Source of the DNA: Marsupella aquatica
Taxonomy: Eukaryota; Plantae; Marchantiophyta
NCBI GenBank assembly: GCA_973895155.1
Contig: OZ316895.1
Location: 6,034,687 to 6,098,686 of the forward strand
Direction of reading: 5' to 3'
Length of the DNA stretch: 64,000 nt
The notes under the pieces were generated by a model, which saw only the letters and a list, made by a program, of their open reading frames with translations, was not told the origin of the DNA and searched no databases. A program made the position numbers and the translations under genes. This document shows positions 11,991 to 25,644 of this stretch, piece after piece. Position 1 is the first letter of the stretch, and each line of letters opens with the position of its first letter.

Positions 11991-12522
11991 TTCGCTAGAG
12001 GAAGGACTAAGAAATGAGTCCGGAACAATTACAAATGGACATTGCCATTTGTATTCTTGTTTCAACGTTGACAATGAAATTTTGCAAACTACGTGGTGAA
12101 CTACGAGGTAACTTCAGCTGACTGTGTGGTGAACTTTGATGTAAAAAAATATTAGAATGTGGTAAATATTTCAAAACCTTCGTTTTATGAAAGAAACGGC
12201 AAACAAAGTTGAATGGAATTCGAGGAGCGATACCGGTATCGGAGTAGTTTTGTTTTCTTGATCTGTTTTCCTTGTAACCAAAAGTTCTATTTTCAAAATC
12301 TAACCAAAATGGAAATATTTCTGGGTTCTATTGTCGCAATGAAAATGTTTGAAGTTAGTGAGGATATTGAAATTCACAATTTGGGATGAAGCCATCATTC
12401 CTCGCGAAGTTGGGAACGATATGAAGTAGTCGGTTTTGCATGATTTTGCAAGAAATGTGTCGCGCACATTGTGAAAATCGGCGAAAATTGATCAAAATTG
12501 AAAACACCCTTCTCCATTAGGC

Positions 12523-12554
12523 GTCACACTTCTTGTTTGGTCCGTCACTGTGTT
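12523..12554 (-). repeat. Right terminal inverted repeat
   Basis: Inverted match to 2054-2085, followed by AAAG. Confidence 0.9.
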
Positions 12555-13180
12555 AAAGTTATTGTGGCATTGGTGGAAGTGGCAGCACACTCCGTCGCTT
12601 GTGTACAAAATGTATCATTTTCCGTGATATACTGTTGTGGTAAAATTAGATAACTGAGCTATAAAACATGCAATCATCTTTTTATCAACATGTGCCCACA
12701 AATAGTACATGATGGTTTACTCTGTCTAGGTTACATCAATGTCGAAGAGATGAGAATTCACTAAATACGAGACTAAATAATATGAACTAACACCATACAT
12801 CTGCTACTCTATGATTTGTGTCAGAGAACCCTTACACAAAGCATCTCATAGAGTGCATATTCCCGTGCATATTATTTAGTGAACTCTCGGCAACTAGCTA
12901 CTCTATGAGTTGATTCTCTTCTCTCTCTCCAATCTTCAAGTCTTGAAGACTCTCTAGTGTGAGCACGATAAAGTGCTCCTCCAGGTTACAGGCTCTCTTC
13001 ACTAAGTAGTCTAACTCCAGCACCCGTTAACCGTGGTTAAGCTGTGCTAATTGAGTAAACCTCACCAGGCACTAGAGTTCAGTCCCACCATATAGATATC
13101 TCTGGCCTTGCAGCTTTGACCTTTTGAATGACTCACTTTGTTCCACTCTACTGGCCATATATGCTACAAAAGTGTTGTTG

Positions 13181-13467
13181 CTCGGGGGGTTAACTTAGTG
13201 TATATTTTGGGGTATCATGTGCGATCCTAGCCTAATATAAACACACCTATTTTATAATGGGAATATTCTAAAAACATTCTTTATTTTCAATATTAATGAC
13301 CTATTTTACTTTATAAAAGATATATATTAGAGAATATTCTATAAATATTGGTCTATAATACCTTCTTTTGCTTCCTACGCTTTTTAAAAATTTAGCTAAT
13401 TTCTATGAAAAATACCTATTTTGGATCGCACGTGGTTCCTAAGATTTTTGATAGTCAACCCCCCGAG
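13181..13467. mobile_element. MITE, 287 bp, 15-bp TIRs, 8-bp TSD
   Basis: CTCGGGGGGTTAACT (13181-13195) pairs with AGTCAACCCCCCGAG (13453-13467), 1 mismatch. TGTTGTTG is duplicated at 13173-13180 and 13468-13475. The interior is AT-rich and non-coding. Confidence 0.8.
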
Positions 13468-16400
13468 TGTTGTTGATGTTCATCTTCTTACTCTTCATCT
13501 TCAAATTTGAGCTACCAGTGTTTTGGTTACTCAGTTGCATAAGTATTCTCTAGTAAGTACTGCCTTTGTCATCATTGTCATCAGGTGTACACGTTTTGAA
13601 CTTGATCTGACAATCTTTCAAAATTTGCTAAAATGAATACATTGCTCTACAGTCAAATGTAGTGTATTTGGATATGGCTTGACTAGTGAGTCTATCATTG
13701 TAGGCACCAAACAATTTAGGTACCAATCAAACTTGTCAAAGCTATTGAACTCTCGGGGTCCTCACTTCTTTTCTTCCAACCCATCATGCACGAATAAATA
13801 CAAAGCTTTTTTATTGGGTTTAGTGAAAGACTTTTAAACTTTTGTTGAAGAACATTAGGGTTGTTTTAATCCAGTTTTGAGAATTATAAGAATCATAGGG
13901 TTTTTAAAAATCAGATTTAAGAATATTCCAAGAATGTTCTATTAAGTTAGGGGTAAAACAAAAAAACTTTATTGACATAAGTTTTAGGGTGTTTATTGAG
14001 TGTTTATTCCCCCAAAACTTTGCGTGTGATATGGGACACCCCTTGGATTGAGGCCGTTGAGATTGAACTGCTCACTGAGCTTGATTCAATCAGCCTGTGC
14101 TGCCAATGTAATAAAGGAAGATATGCCATCTCACCACAATGTGTTTACAATAATGTCAACCATGAAGCTTTTACATGGACTTTGAGATCACAGTTTAAAG
14201 CTCCAAAGAGCCCCCCGGGAGAGTCCAAATGAATTCTACCTTCTTCAGGACTCTTGCCATCCAGCATCCTAGGGGTTCTCAACATTCCTGCAAGCCCTTT
14301 GATGTTAATATATAAATTCCTGCCTTCATGCCCACTCTTGATTGGGAATATCAACCTCCCAGACATTGCCTAGCTATGGTCCACAGATATATGCATGTAC
14401 AAGAGTTGTCCTCTATTCTTGACATTCTGCCTCTAGAAGTACTAGATACACATTGGGGGAGTGGAAACACTCATGATCGTGCCATGCAGAGCCCATGCCC
14501 TCGCCTCATGCGCAAAGCATGCACATCAAAACAACCTTGTGTAAAGAGCCAACTGAAGGTTGTGTCAAAGATTTGTAGCATGTCAATGTTTTGTAGGTTG
14601 ATTGAGCTGCAGCTTAGCAATTAAGTGCGCATTGTGCATGAAATATTCCAGATTTCACCTAACTTATGATATTTGTGTACATACACATTTTGATTTTGAG
14701 GGGCAGGAAGTTGTATCACACCTCTAACTATTTGAAAACATTGTGGGTAATGTACACAACTTGGATTCTAATTGCCACCGACACCATTTCTTGCTGGGCC
14801 TGCATGAAATGGCTATTTCAAAACTAGCTGTGCTTGCAGTCAACTGCGTTTGCCAATCCAATAAATTGGACACTCAACATGTGAGTGGTAGATGATCCAG
14901 GGTCCTACAACTGAATTCTTCCGTGATTTCTTTTGTGTGTTATAAAGATGCTCAATGTAAGGGCTTCTGACACAAATTGGTACCATGGGTGGGCCCCACA
15001 GGTCCATTCGGGGAGAAATGGCATATTTTGGTCCAAGAGAGAGGATGGCCCCAAAGATGTCTCTCCAGGAGGTCCGTTACTTATACTTATCAATAAAAGG
15101 TTGTTGAAGAGGAAATTTTATTACTGATAGGTCCCTACTATTATATATTTTACGTAGAGCATAAGCAGGATATCTGGAAATAAGACCCCAAACTCAAAGA
15201 CCCCAATATAGGGAAAAAACAAAGGAAAAAGCATGGAAGACCAAAGTCAGAGCCCAAAAAGCCAAAAAGCCCAAGAGCCAAAAAGCTCAAGAGTCCAAAC
15301 TGCAAAAGAATTACAACCCTGGCCACCTAGTCTGACAAGCCTAGTACAGCCCTTACTCTTCTGGTCTGCCCAATTTGCTCGTTTAGAACTTTATAACAGT
15401 CATATGGACCCATTTAATACTTTACACTACTCAACCTGCCATTATTTCACACTACTCAACATTTCATTATAATTGGCTGCAAAGTTCAACCTGAATTGAT
15501 GGGTCCCGGTCCCGGTAAGTGCACATCAAAATCTGACATATATGGTGTATGACATCACTCCATACCACTATAAATCTAATTATTTTATTTAAATCAATGA
15601 GTGTACACCATATAATAACACATTTTGATGTATGATTATTGGTGAGGCCCTAAAATAGCCTCAGAACAGACTGTAGAACCTATGTGTTTGAAACTATATT
15701 ATTATATTGTCAACATTGTATTGTTTAGTTTATTGTGACCACATAACTTTGGTCACAGACCTGGTTTTATTAGATTTTAATTAAGAATCTGCACACAAGG
15801 GAAACCGCCTGGCCAGATAAACATGCCGTTGTTGTCTAGTGAGTGCTACTACCAATGTAGTTCATGTCTCTTGGGAATGTTTTTCTATCGGACTCTACAA
15901 TTTTGAAGGGCCTAGATAACTTTGTGACGACTGTACAATATTGCAATAAGATAAGATATGTTGTAACTGGAGTCTGAGCTTATTTCTTATCGCTCTCGAA
16001 ATCTGGGGATCCTATCTGTAACAAGTGTCTGACCAGTGGCGTATCGAAGCACATTTATTTAATGTGAAAGGCACAATCCTTGGACAGTCCTAGCTCATAA
16101 CCCATACTGTACCGCGCAACTCCTGAGTACCCTTGGGACTGTAGCTTGTCGTATTTTTTCGAAATATTAGCACTCCATATGAGTCATCGATCTTTGAAAC
16201 AGACGATTTAGATTTGCTCACAGGAGAGATCAGAACTTCAAAATAAGCGGAAAATAAGTTTACTGCGGTCATGTCAAGTTCCTCAATTTGCTTTGTTCTT
16301 GCCCAAGGAGAAAACAGAAAATGTGATTAGAGGCCTGTAATTTACCATTTTTATTGGTCTATGGCCCAAGCTGGGTGCGGAGGACGGTGAAGAAGAAAGC

Positions 16401-19400
16401 TACAGTAGGACGGTGAATGGAGAAAGATAGAACGGAAAGAAAGGAGAGTTGTGGGAAAAGAGAACCAATACTCGTGTACCCAATTAGCAAAGACACAGTT
16501 CATCGTGCATCTCTCCACACGCAGAGAGCGTTTGGAGGAGTGGACCATGTCATCTGTAGCACTTGACCCCGCACGGTAGTCGAAGTGTTGAGTCGCATGC
16601 ATGCGTTCGACAGCCGAACAATGTACAGGCAGACTTTTTTGAGAGGAAGGCTCATCGAGGAAATCACTTGTAGCCGATCGCTCTGAGGCTGCTATAAAGA
16701 CCTGACCAGTTGTCTCTCAACGCAATCAAGTGATTGCAAAGGTTCCTGAACGGGGTTTGAAGAATCCTTGCTGACCAATTGGTGTCACGGCAAGAGAGCC
16801 ATGATCAGGGCACTCGTGGTCGTAGAGAGTTAGTTTGCGTCGATGAGTTCGTCTTCGTGTTAGCTGCGGGCATAGATCTAAGATGTCATTCCGTGGACGT
16901 GGGTTCGTGGCGGAGAGGTTTCCGGTGAACGTCTCCTGAACTCTCTGGTTTTAGGCACGGCGTAGAAGCTCTCTTGTCGACCTTTACATTTTCGAATTTG
17001 GCACCTTGAAAATGGGTAGGAATCTGTCACAACGCTTGGTAGTTTCCTCGATCTGTCGGACCCAGCCTTGGCATGTGATGAGCTCGTGATAAAGACCTTT
17101 AAAGTCTGCTGTGCACACGAGGTCCATCCTATCAAGCCTTCAGTTGTGCAGGCTCAGTGTTGGATGGAGACTCTCAACCCAGGAGACCGTGACAATATGT
17201 CCCACGTCTCCACTTGGGTCATTGATTGCGAACATTGGCATGCTTCTTTGTAGCTAGTGGAGAGCCTGCCCTCCAAGGTTAGATGGGATTCACTTTACCT
17301 CACAGGTTAACAGAGATTTTGGAGAGTAAGTTATGTGTTTTTTTTTTCCTCTCAACTCTCTTAAGAGAGTGAAACAGTAGCAAGGTGTAAATATGCTCAT
17401 GTGTCTTCAGGTTCATTGCTGATTTTTTGCAGCATTTTGGAGCTAGAAGTTTTAAGTTTTCCTGTTCACTGTCGATGTTTTGCAGCATTTAGAGGTTAAA
17501 GTTTGGAGTCTTGTGATCCGTCTGACGGGATAGATCGTGAATTGAATCACGTCTATTTGCACTGCTTAGGACCTATCATTACTTTACAACGGTTTGCGGT
17601 TATTTTCCGTTCAGAGTCACTTTAGCCATTCCATCTATCTTCGATTCCCTGGAAGTCAGAAACACCCAGTTCGATAGAATTGGGAAGAAATGAATACGTT
17701 TGTTCTCAGAAACGGACGAACTGAAGTGACACAGCTCTGTACAAGTTGAAATACAGACTAGGTTTCTTACCAGAAAATTCGGTAGCTTGGAACACCAACA
17801 CCATCTCGTTGCAAAAATCTTTTTGTAGGGCCAAGCCCGGGTGATCCTTGGAGTGCTATGTTGCGTATGCTTTGGAAAACTTGTTACTGCCATTTTGAAG
17901 TCCATCTATGCCTATCTTGGTCACAGTGAACCGTTCCCAGGCGGTCACAACTATGCGGCCAAACCTAGTCGAGCATTATAAGTTTACAGTCCCTCCACTT
18001 AATACAGAAGACTTCTGTTTTTAGGGCTTGTGCAGAAATTGGACTTCCTCGTCCACCCGTTTGGGTTCTGGATTGGATTGGCATTATGATTATTTCTTTA
18101 CACGCAGAACCTGGCTCACCTGGCTACAATAGTTACCCTGGTTATAGAAGTTACACTGTTGCAGAATGCAGAAGTTATACTGTTGCAATGCAATCTGTCT
18201 GCATCTGCACCTGCACCAGGTCTTGTCGTGTGTCGACCTTGTGGTTTTGGTGCTAGATGAGATCCAGTGCAGGTGTGGTTGCAGATACATGTCATTGTAG
18301 CTTTCGGTGGGCGTTCTGATTGTACCTAGAAGAAATGGACCTAGTGGAACACGCATCACAACGCCGTTGGCTCAGGTTTGCCATTGCCTCACGCTTAGTT
18401 TGTCCTCGGAGCCCAGCAGTTTACTCTTGGATGCGTGGAATTGAGGGTGCACTAGTTCAATTATTCAGACAATGCACGGCATCGCTCATGTTGGGGTAAT
18501 TCGTGTGGGATGAGGCAATTCGAAAGGGTGCTAGTGGACGGTCGTGTAGATGATCCAAGAGTGCAGCGAAGCTTCACCCACAAGACATGTCCTGTAATCA
18601 GTCGAGACAAACGGGATTCGACCCGTGGTAATGGCGCAGTTGAGGAAATGTTTGCAGCTGGAATTAAGCTGGTAGACTTGCAACTAGTTTGATGCTTTGA
18701 TGCCAGTAGTTTCGAAATTGGCGCTCGTGAGCGCAAGTGTTACTTAGGTCAATTCTTTCAAGAGCAATCTCCATTATGAACAGCGAGGCGAATGATCTGT
18801 TCGTCTTCTAGTATCTGTTCGTCTTCTAGTATTCGTGCTCTCGTTTTAGTATCTTTGGAACCGGGTACGTTCTAGGTACGTTTTACTGCAACAAAGTTTC
18901 CATGTTCTCTTTTCAGTCCGGCATATGAGGTATGCAGTGATAATAAGTCTGGACGGACCAGTTGACATTTGCTGCATAAGAATACATGTCTCCTCCTTGT
19001 ATCAAATGTCATGATCAATTTGAGTTCACCGTCTATCACCATTCCTTGTGACAGGTTATTGTTGGTGGTTGATTTATTACGTTCTTGTCCGGCCTTCTTA
19101 ATTCCGTCTTCAAGATCACTTTCGAATTCGTCGATACTTCAGCCCCGTTTTCGCCGTTGAGGGCAAGTTAGCGGATGTTCTCCCTTAGCTACGTCAATTT
19201 GGTAATTAAAACATCACTTATTCTTTTCTTGAGAATATTTAGCATGTGCCTTCTGGATGTGTGCATTCGGTTAATTAGTAGAAACTGAGCTACATTTAAG
19301 TTATACTTCGTGGACGGATGAGATTACCGCGATTTGTTTTTGTTCGTTAGCTCACAAATTTGGATCTGTTCTGAAGTAGTTTCTTCATGTTGAGCAGGAA

Positions 19401-21969
19401 TGCTACTTGAGGCCTCCAGGATCCAGCTTGTCCTCTCACAGAATTATTTCGAGAACACTTTTCAGTTGCGTGACGAACGTGAAATCCATTGCCAAGCACT
19501 GAAGCGTTTACGTGCGTTCTGAAAGGATAGGCATGGCGAGGGAACATTAGCACGAAATAATCTTTGCGCTCAGCTCTTATTACTCAGGACGTAGTCAGTG
19601 TTCTAGCCTAGCCTGTGTGACCTGGTGTGTTCGCGGGGAAGCGCCATTGTGTATGTAATTTGTGGAAGCGGAATGTATACAACGTTTTTCAAAGTGGGCT
19701 TACTGTTTTTGTCATGTAAATGTTGCGTTGTTGGTCGCATTTGGGCGCTCCGAATTGAAGTTTATACGTGCAGTGACCTTACGTTGTATTCAGTAACGGT
19801 AATCGTTGCCAGAACTTGCATCTGAGGCGAGCAGAAACGTCGCATTCTCTGAGACTTTCCGTAATAAAATTAACAACCTCAGGATTAGATTGGTCGTACA
19901 TAAGAGTTAACATTTCCTAGTCTTATACTTAAAGAGCATGATCACATGTGACCACGATGATCATTTCCCTTCCCTACTCGTCTCTTAAGAGGCACCCATG
20001 CGTGGGACTACGAATCTGAACCCGGATTAGTCGAGCCCGGATCGTTGTCAAGATAGTAATGAAAACCAAATTACTTGAAAAGGGAGAAGGGCTGTCCAGC
20101 GAGAATTTGAAAAGGGCACTCGGTGACCATGAATGAAAAACCTTTTCTGCTGGTACAACCTTGATACTCGTATCGAACTTTTGAGATACAATTGTTTCTT
20201 TGTCTTGAACCCGATCTCTTGTGTCTTCACTGCTTTTCTATCCACAGAGCCCATGAGTTTCCAATGCGTGCTAGGTTCCCGTGCTACACAGCAGTCGTGG
20301 ATATAGTCGCTTTTAGTTACCTCCCACCAGCTCATCTGCTTTCCCCCGCAAACAGCCGGAGCCGCATGCAATACTGTTATGAAATTGTGATTTGTCCACA
20401 GGAACAGTCGAGTCGGTGGAAGCATGGAACTACTTAATAGTATTCATTGAGAATCAAAAGAAAACGGCTTGGAATTTGGAATTTGGAAAAGAATGTTCCT
20501 CTTATAACAACATGCAACTGTAGATTACTACTTTCACAACGCCGCCAACGTGACCCCTCCATTTGCTTTGATTCGGTGCCGGGTGATGGTTATATTCGGT
20601 GCCGGGTGATGGTTATCGGCTATCGAAGCTTTACATAGTTTAGATGGGAACCACTTTGCCGGCTCCAACGAAGAGAAATTCCGGTCTTGCGGTCGCGTAC
20701 TATTCCTTCGGAGCCAGCATTTCCTCTCCCCAGAAAAAAGAGGAAGCAAAGGATTGGGAAACACACATTCATTCTGGCTACTGTTCTCATTTCGGACGAA
20801 GTCGTGGCATTTCGCCCGGAGAAATTTCAAGGTGGAGCTTGCGCTCTGATCATGGAGATGGTGTCTCGTGGTCTCAGCATGGGTCGCGATCAAAATTCTA
20901 CACCAGAGATACTTCCGAAAAAGAATATGCACACATGTCCTCCCACATGGCCAGGGTTGGCGTGAGTATGGGCCGCGATCAAATTCTGTACTGGAGTCCT
21001 TCACAAGAATATGTACACATGCCCTCGCACATGGTCAGGGTTTAGCTGGCACATATCAAAATCAATACTTGGATACACTCTCTGAAAATAAATTCAAGGT
21101 TGTGTGAAGTCATTTCTAATAAGGAGATTTTATTTTTTATGATAACTTTTCTTTTCAATATCATGCTTAGTTAGAACTTAAAGGAGGTATGTGCTTGATC
21201 AACCTCCAAAATGAAACTTGTTACATGATAGACCCCCTGAGGTCTATGAACGCCCCAGATCTGAGATTGAAAGGTCCATCAACGGTCCAGATTGGGGAAA
21301 AGTATCGAGGGGGTTGATTAAGCAAACTTTTTCCAGAAAGGGGTCTACTAGACATATCCCTTGAACTTAAAGCCCTCATGGACACACACACATTTGGAAA
21401 AAAGCCCGGATGGACCACACACAACCGAGATAGACACAATCCGAACTTCATTTTTTGCTCGTGTAACATGCTTTTTGATTGTAATCCCAAAGTGACCTGT
21501 AAGGAGGTATGTGACCAGGACCAGTCGATATTAGGTTGATTCTTCCGGTAGTCCGTCCACTTTTCCTCCTGCAAGGATGCGGTGACCTTCTAACTCAACC
21601 ATATGGTCTAAAACAAGGTTTCCTTCCGTTAATGAAAGACTGTAATCTGTTTGATAGGTTTAATTGGAGATTCTTCTTACAGTGTCACATGGTTGTGTCC
21701 ATCTTGGTCGTCCCAACAAACTTGTGTCCATGAGGACCGGGATGAGGACTTTAAGTTCTGATTGGTTATCTCTTTAATTTACTTTTTCAATGAGTCAGCT
21801 AATTCTGAATAGCCACAAGAGTCTAATTGCACCAAGATTATCACAGTGAAAATTTTAACGATTTCCATCTCCCTTTGACTCATACAACCCCATACAAGTC
21901 CTGTAGGGCAGGTTCTGGCTTGTGTGCATGATCTGGGGCGTAGTGCATCCGGATTCTCACCTCCCTATG

Positions 21970-22473
21970 TCTAAAGTGCCCTCCTCCATCCTCACAGGGC
22001 ACTCCCAGCCCAATGCCCTTCTCCGAGGGTGATGGAACTACCAGATTTCTCAGTGTGAAGATCTCAGGCCCTTATGATCTTATGTGGTTAACCATAGTGA
22101 AATCACTACTCTAAACCACTATGGAAAAATGACATTGTAAAAATAACCTAGGAATGATGGCAAGTCATGATAATTTAAAAAAAATTATCAAGTCTGTAAT
22201 AAAACCCAATTTCTAAAATTGAATCTAAAGTGCCCTCCTCTGTCCTCACTGGGCACTCCCAGCCCAATGCCCTTCTCAGAGGGTGATGGGTACTACCAGA
22301 TTTCTCAATGTGATGATCTCAGGGCCTTATGATCTTATGTGGTTAACCAAAGTGAAATCACTACTCTACACCACTATGGAAAAATGACACTGTAAAAAAT
22401 TAACCTAGGAATGATGGCAAGTCATGATAATTTGAAAGAAAAGTCTCGCTGTAATAAAACCCAATTTCTAAAA
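21970..22473. repeat. Tandem duplication, about 254-bp unit x2
   Basis: TCTAAAGTGCCCTCCTC starts at 21970 and 22224, with near-identical downstream sequence. Confidence 0.9.
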
Positions 22474-23324
22474 CTGTAGTGACGTGGACTAGGGTATTCT
22501 TACTTGACAGTACCTTATGAGATCCAACTTTAGTATGGATTCTTACACTCAAATCCAAACCTTAAAATTAGGGAACACAATCATGAGGAGAAATTAAAAC
22601 ATAAAGTGCCCAGATTGTTTAGAATCATTTCTTTCTCTCACTCACTAGAAGACAAAAATCTCTCTCAAGTAGTATAAATCCCTTGAATTCGCTAAAGTGA
22701 TGCGATGCACAATATTGAAATCTCAAATTAGTTGAAAAGGAGAGCTCTAGGATAGCAAAGATAGGAAGTTTAAGAGAAGTGCCAAGATAAAATTCAGAAT
22801 TTAAGTATAGGAAGATATAGGTGTATTGGAGCTCAAATAACACTAATTATGGAACATACTAACATAGCACAAAAATCAATGATTCCTATTAAAACACAAA
22901 GTAGAATGTTTTATGAATGATTGATTCATGTGAGTCTAATGGTTTATTTGGACTCTCTCAATTTAATGTATTTTTTGTCTGTACTATTGTCCAAAAATTC
23001 AACCAATTTCATACCCTTTTCAACTCACAATTGTCACACCTAAATAGTGTGACTACTCTTACAAACAAGATTCATGGTTTCATGCAACATTTTGGGTATC
23101 AATAACCACTCCATAAAAAATGTGAAACTGATCACCATAATCAATGTTACTGGTAACACTAATTGAATCACACAGTTACTGTTGCTGCAGTTAGCGTTAC
23201 TAAGACTAATTCTATCAAGAGGAATTCAAATTTTCCTGAGCTACACAATTAGTGTTAGTAACATGAACTAAGGGAAACAGTGTGGTGTACAATGTCTAGT
23301 TATAGACTAGTTTTCTTTTCTCGG

Positions 23325-25644
23325 GTGATAATTAGTTACAAGAGATTCCATCTTTGTCAATGAAAAGTCTACAGTAGTCATTTTGGCGGAAAAATAGTAG
23401 GTATTTTTGTCTTCGAGTAACCTTTTTCTCTCCTATGGTTTTTTTTGTCTTCAGTTAGTCACTTTCCCACCTAGCCTCAGTCCCCCATTGGCCAGAATTC
23501 CCACAACAGCCAGAATTTTGATGGCTATGTTTAAATCTAGTAAACTAGGTAATCAATGCTTTTTCTAATTAAAAAAGGTAAAGCACGTTTTTAACGGGTT
23601 CTCCTCCTTCACACACTGAGGGAGTGAGGGTGGTGACTGTGACAATCGCCATTCGACACCCCTGGCGAAAAGGAAAAGAAATCCTGTACAGTTACCCTTA
23701 CATAATTGGTCACCTTCCTAGTGCGACAGGATTTAGTGGAGCTCATAGGATTTATTAGGATAAGCTGAATGTAGGGTGGAGGGACTATGCTATCCGTGAT
23801 TGACACTTCATTGGCCTCGCTTCGCTGACATCAGCCTGTCCACTGCCAAGATTTCCTGGCACTCCCCCATCACGTGGGTATGTTATACTGCCCAATAGCA
23901 TTGCTGCAAAGAAGCTTGTCAGTGGCTTATGTCCCGTGGACTGATTCACGTTTGGGTCCCTCCAACCATCCAACCAACAGCCATTCTGCTGCCAGGTGTC
24001 TTTGAGACGCTACCCCAGCTTGTCAGCCACCTTCAGGGCGAGCATGAGATTCTAAAACACTCAGATGTGTGAGTGAACTAATTAAGGGCCATCTTTCATA
24101 TGAGGGTCCTTAAATTATCGACCCTTTAAGTGATTTGGTGGCACATGGTTACTCTTGGAGCCTTTCCTGTCTCACCCTCACCCTCCTTGTGTGCCAGTCC
24201 TCGGCAACAATTCAATTTTTTCAAAGGCAAATAAGACCTAAATTTAAATATTAATCCTTTATTGACCGAACCAAGATAGCACTAAGATAATAGTAAGTCC
24301 ATCTGTTGTCAGTATTTAACAAGTACATCAAGTAATACCTCCCAGAAACATTCGAAAATATTGGAAGCATCATTGGCTTTTCTTAAAATCGGTTTTCTCT
24401 GAAATATGAAGGCTAAGCATATTGTATCCATCACGTGATATCCCAATGTCTCAAAGTCTCAAAGTCTTTCGCTAAAATTATATTGACGGAATGCTCCACA
24501 ACAAGAATGTCCCACAACACTGGGGATTTGGACAGCCTGTCCTTTCGGTGGTAATTCTCATGTTGTTAGGGAATTGATGTGGCGATAAACTCAAGGGTCT
24601 AGGAGTGAGAAATAAACAGGACCTAAGATTTACTCATAAATATTACTAAAATTATGGAAAGTCATTACAGAACTGCTAGATCTTCATTCTTCAAGGACTT
24701 GGAGAATCCAACTGCAGCGATTTTCCCCCTGATTTCCTTTGCATCATTAGTCAGACACTTTTGCCGACTAGAATGTCAAGTGATAGACCGGTTTTCTTTT
24801 TAGTGGAAAGCTTTGCCAACTAGAATGTCAAGTGATAGACCGGTTTTCTTTTTAGTGGAAAGCTTTTGCCAACTAGAATGTCAAGTGATAGACTAGTTTG
24901 CTTTTGAGTGGTGATAATTAGCTACAGTAGATTCCATCTCACCTGAAAAGTCTTGTCACTTTGATTGAAAAGTCATAGGTATTTCTGTCTTCCAGTAGCC
25001 TTTTTCTCACCTAAGGTTTTTCTGTCTTCCATTAGTCAGTTCCCACCTAGCTCCAGTCCCTCATTGGCCAGAATTCCCCTGCCCACCTAGCTTCAGTCCC
25101 CCATTGGCCAGAATTCCCCCTCCAGCCAGAATTTGATGGCTACGTTTAAATCTAGTGAACCTAAATAAAGAATGGTTTTTCAATTAAAAAAAAAAGGTAA
25201 AGATTGCTTGTAACGGCTTCTCCTTCACACAAAGTAACATTCGCCATTGGACACCCTGGCGAAAAGGAAAAGAAAAGCTCTAGACCTAGGCTCACATAAT
25301 TGGTGACCTGGCTAGTGCGACAGGATTTAGGGGAGCTCATAGGATTTATTAGGATAAGCTTTATGTAGGGTGGAGAGACTATACGATCCGTGATTGGTCT
25401 TCATTGCCCTCACTTCGCTGACATCAGCCTGTCCGCTGCCAAGATTTCCTGGCACCACCCCATCACGTGGGCAAGCTATTCTCCGCCTGTGCGCTGCCAA
25501 GATTTCCTGCCACACCTATCACGTGGGCATGCTATTCTCGCCAATACCATAGTTCCAAATTTCCAATGGAGGTGGCTCTACTCCCCTGGACAGATTCACA
25601 TCTGGGTCCCTCCAACGATAATAAAAACTAATGCTGCCAGGTGT
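23325..25644. repeat. Two diverged direct copies of a ~700-bp repeat (about 23325-23999 and 24911-25644), with a ~53-bp tandem array at about 24761-24900
   Basis: Shared blocks include GTGATAATTAG, CCCATTGGCCAGAATTCCC, ACACCCTGGCGAAAAGGAAAAGAAA, CTTCGCTGACATCAGCCTGTCC and TGCTGCCAGGTGT. Confidence 0.8.

Larger units (their letters stand above)
2054..12554. mobile_element. 10.5-kb cut-and-paste DNA transposon (Sola-like/DUF7869 transposase) carrying a ParB-like/DNA amino-methyltransferase cargo gene
   Basis: Left TIR 2054-2085 AACACAATGACGGACCAAACGAGAAGTGTGAC matches the reverse complement of 12523-12554 (AACACAGTGACGGACCAAACAAGAAGTGTGAC) at 30/32 positions. AAAG flanks both ends (2050-2053 and 12555-12558) as a 4-bp TSD. 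A transposase lies inside. Confidence 0.9.

Noticed and set aside
14050-14950. Possible Mutator-type transposase relic (similar impression at about 27950-28550 and 62800-63450)
   Set aside because: Only faint, frame-broken resemblance, with no catalytic motif, TIR or TSD that I could verify.
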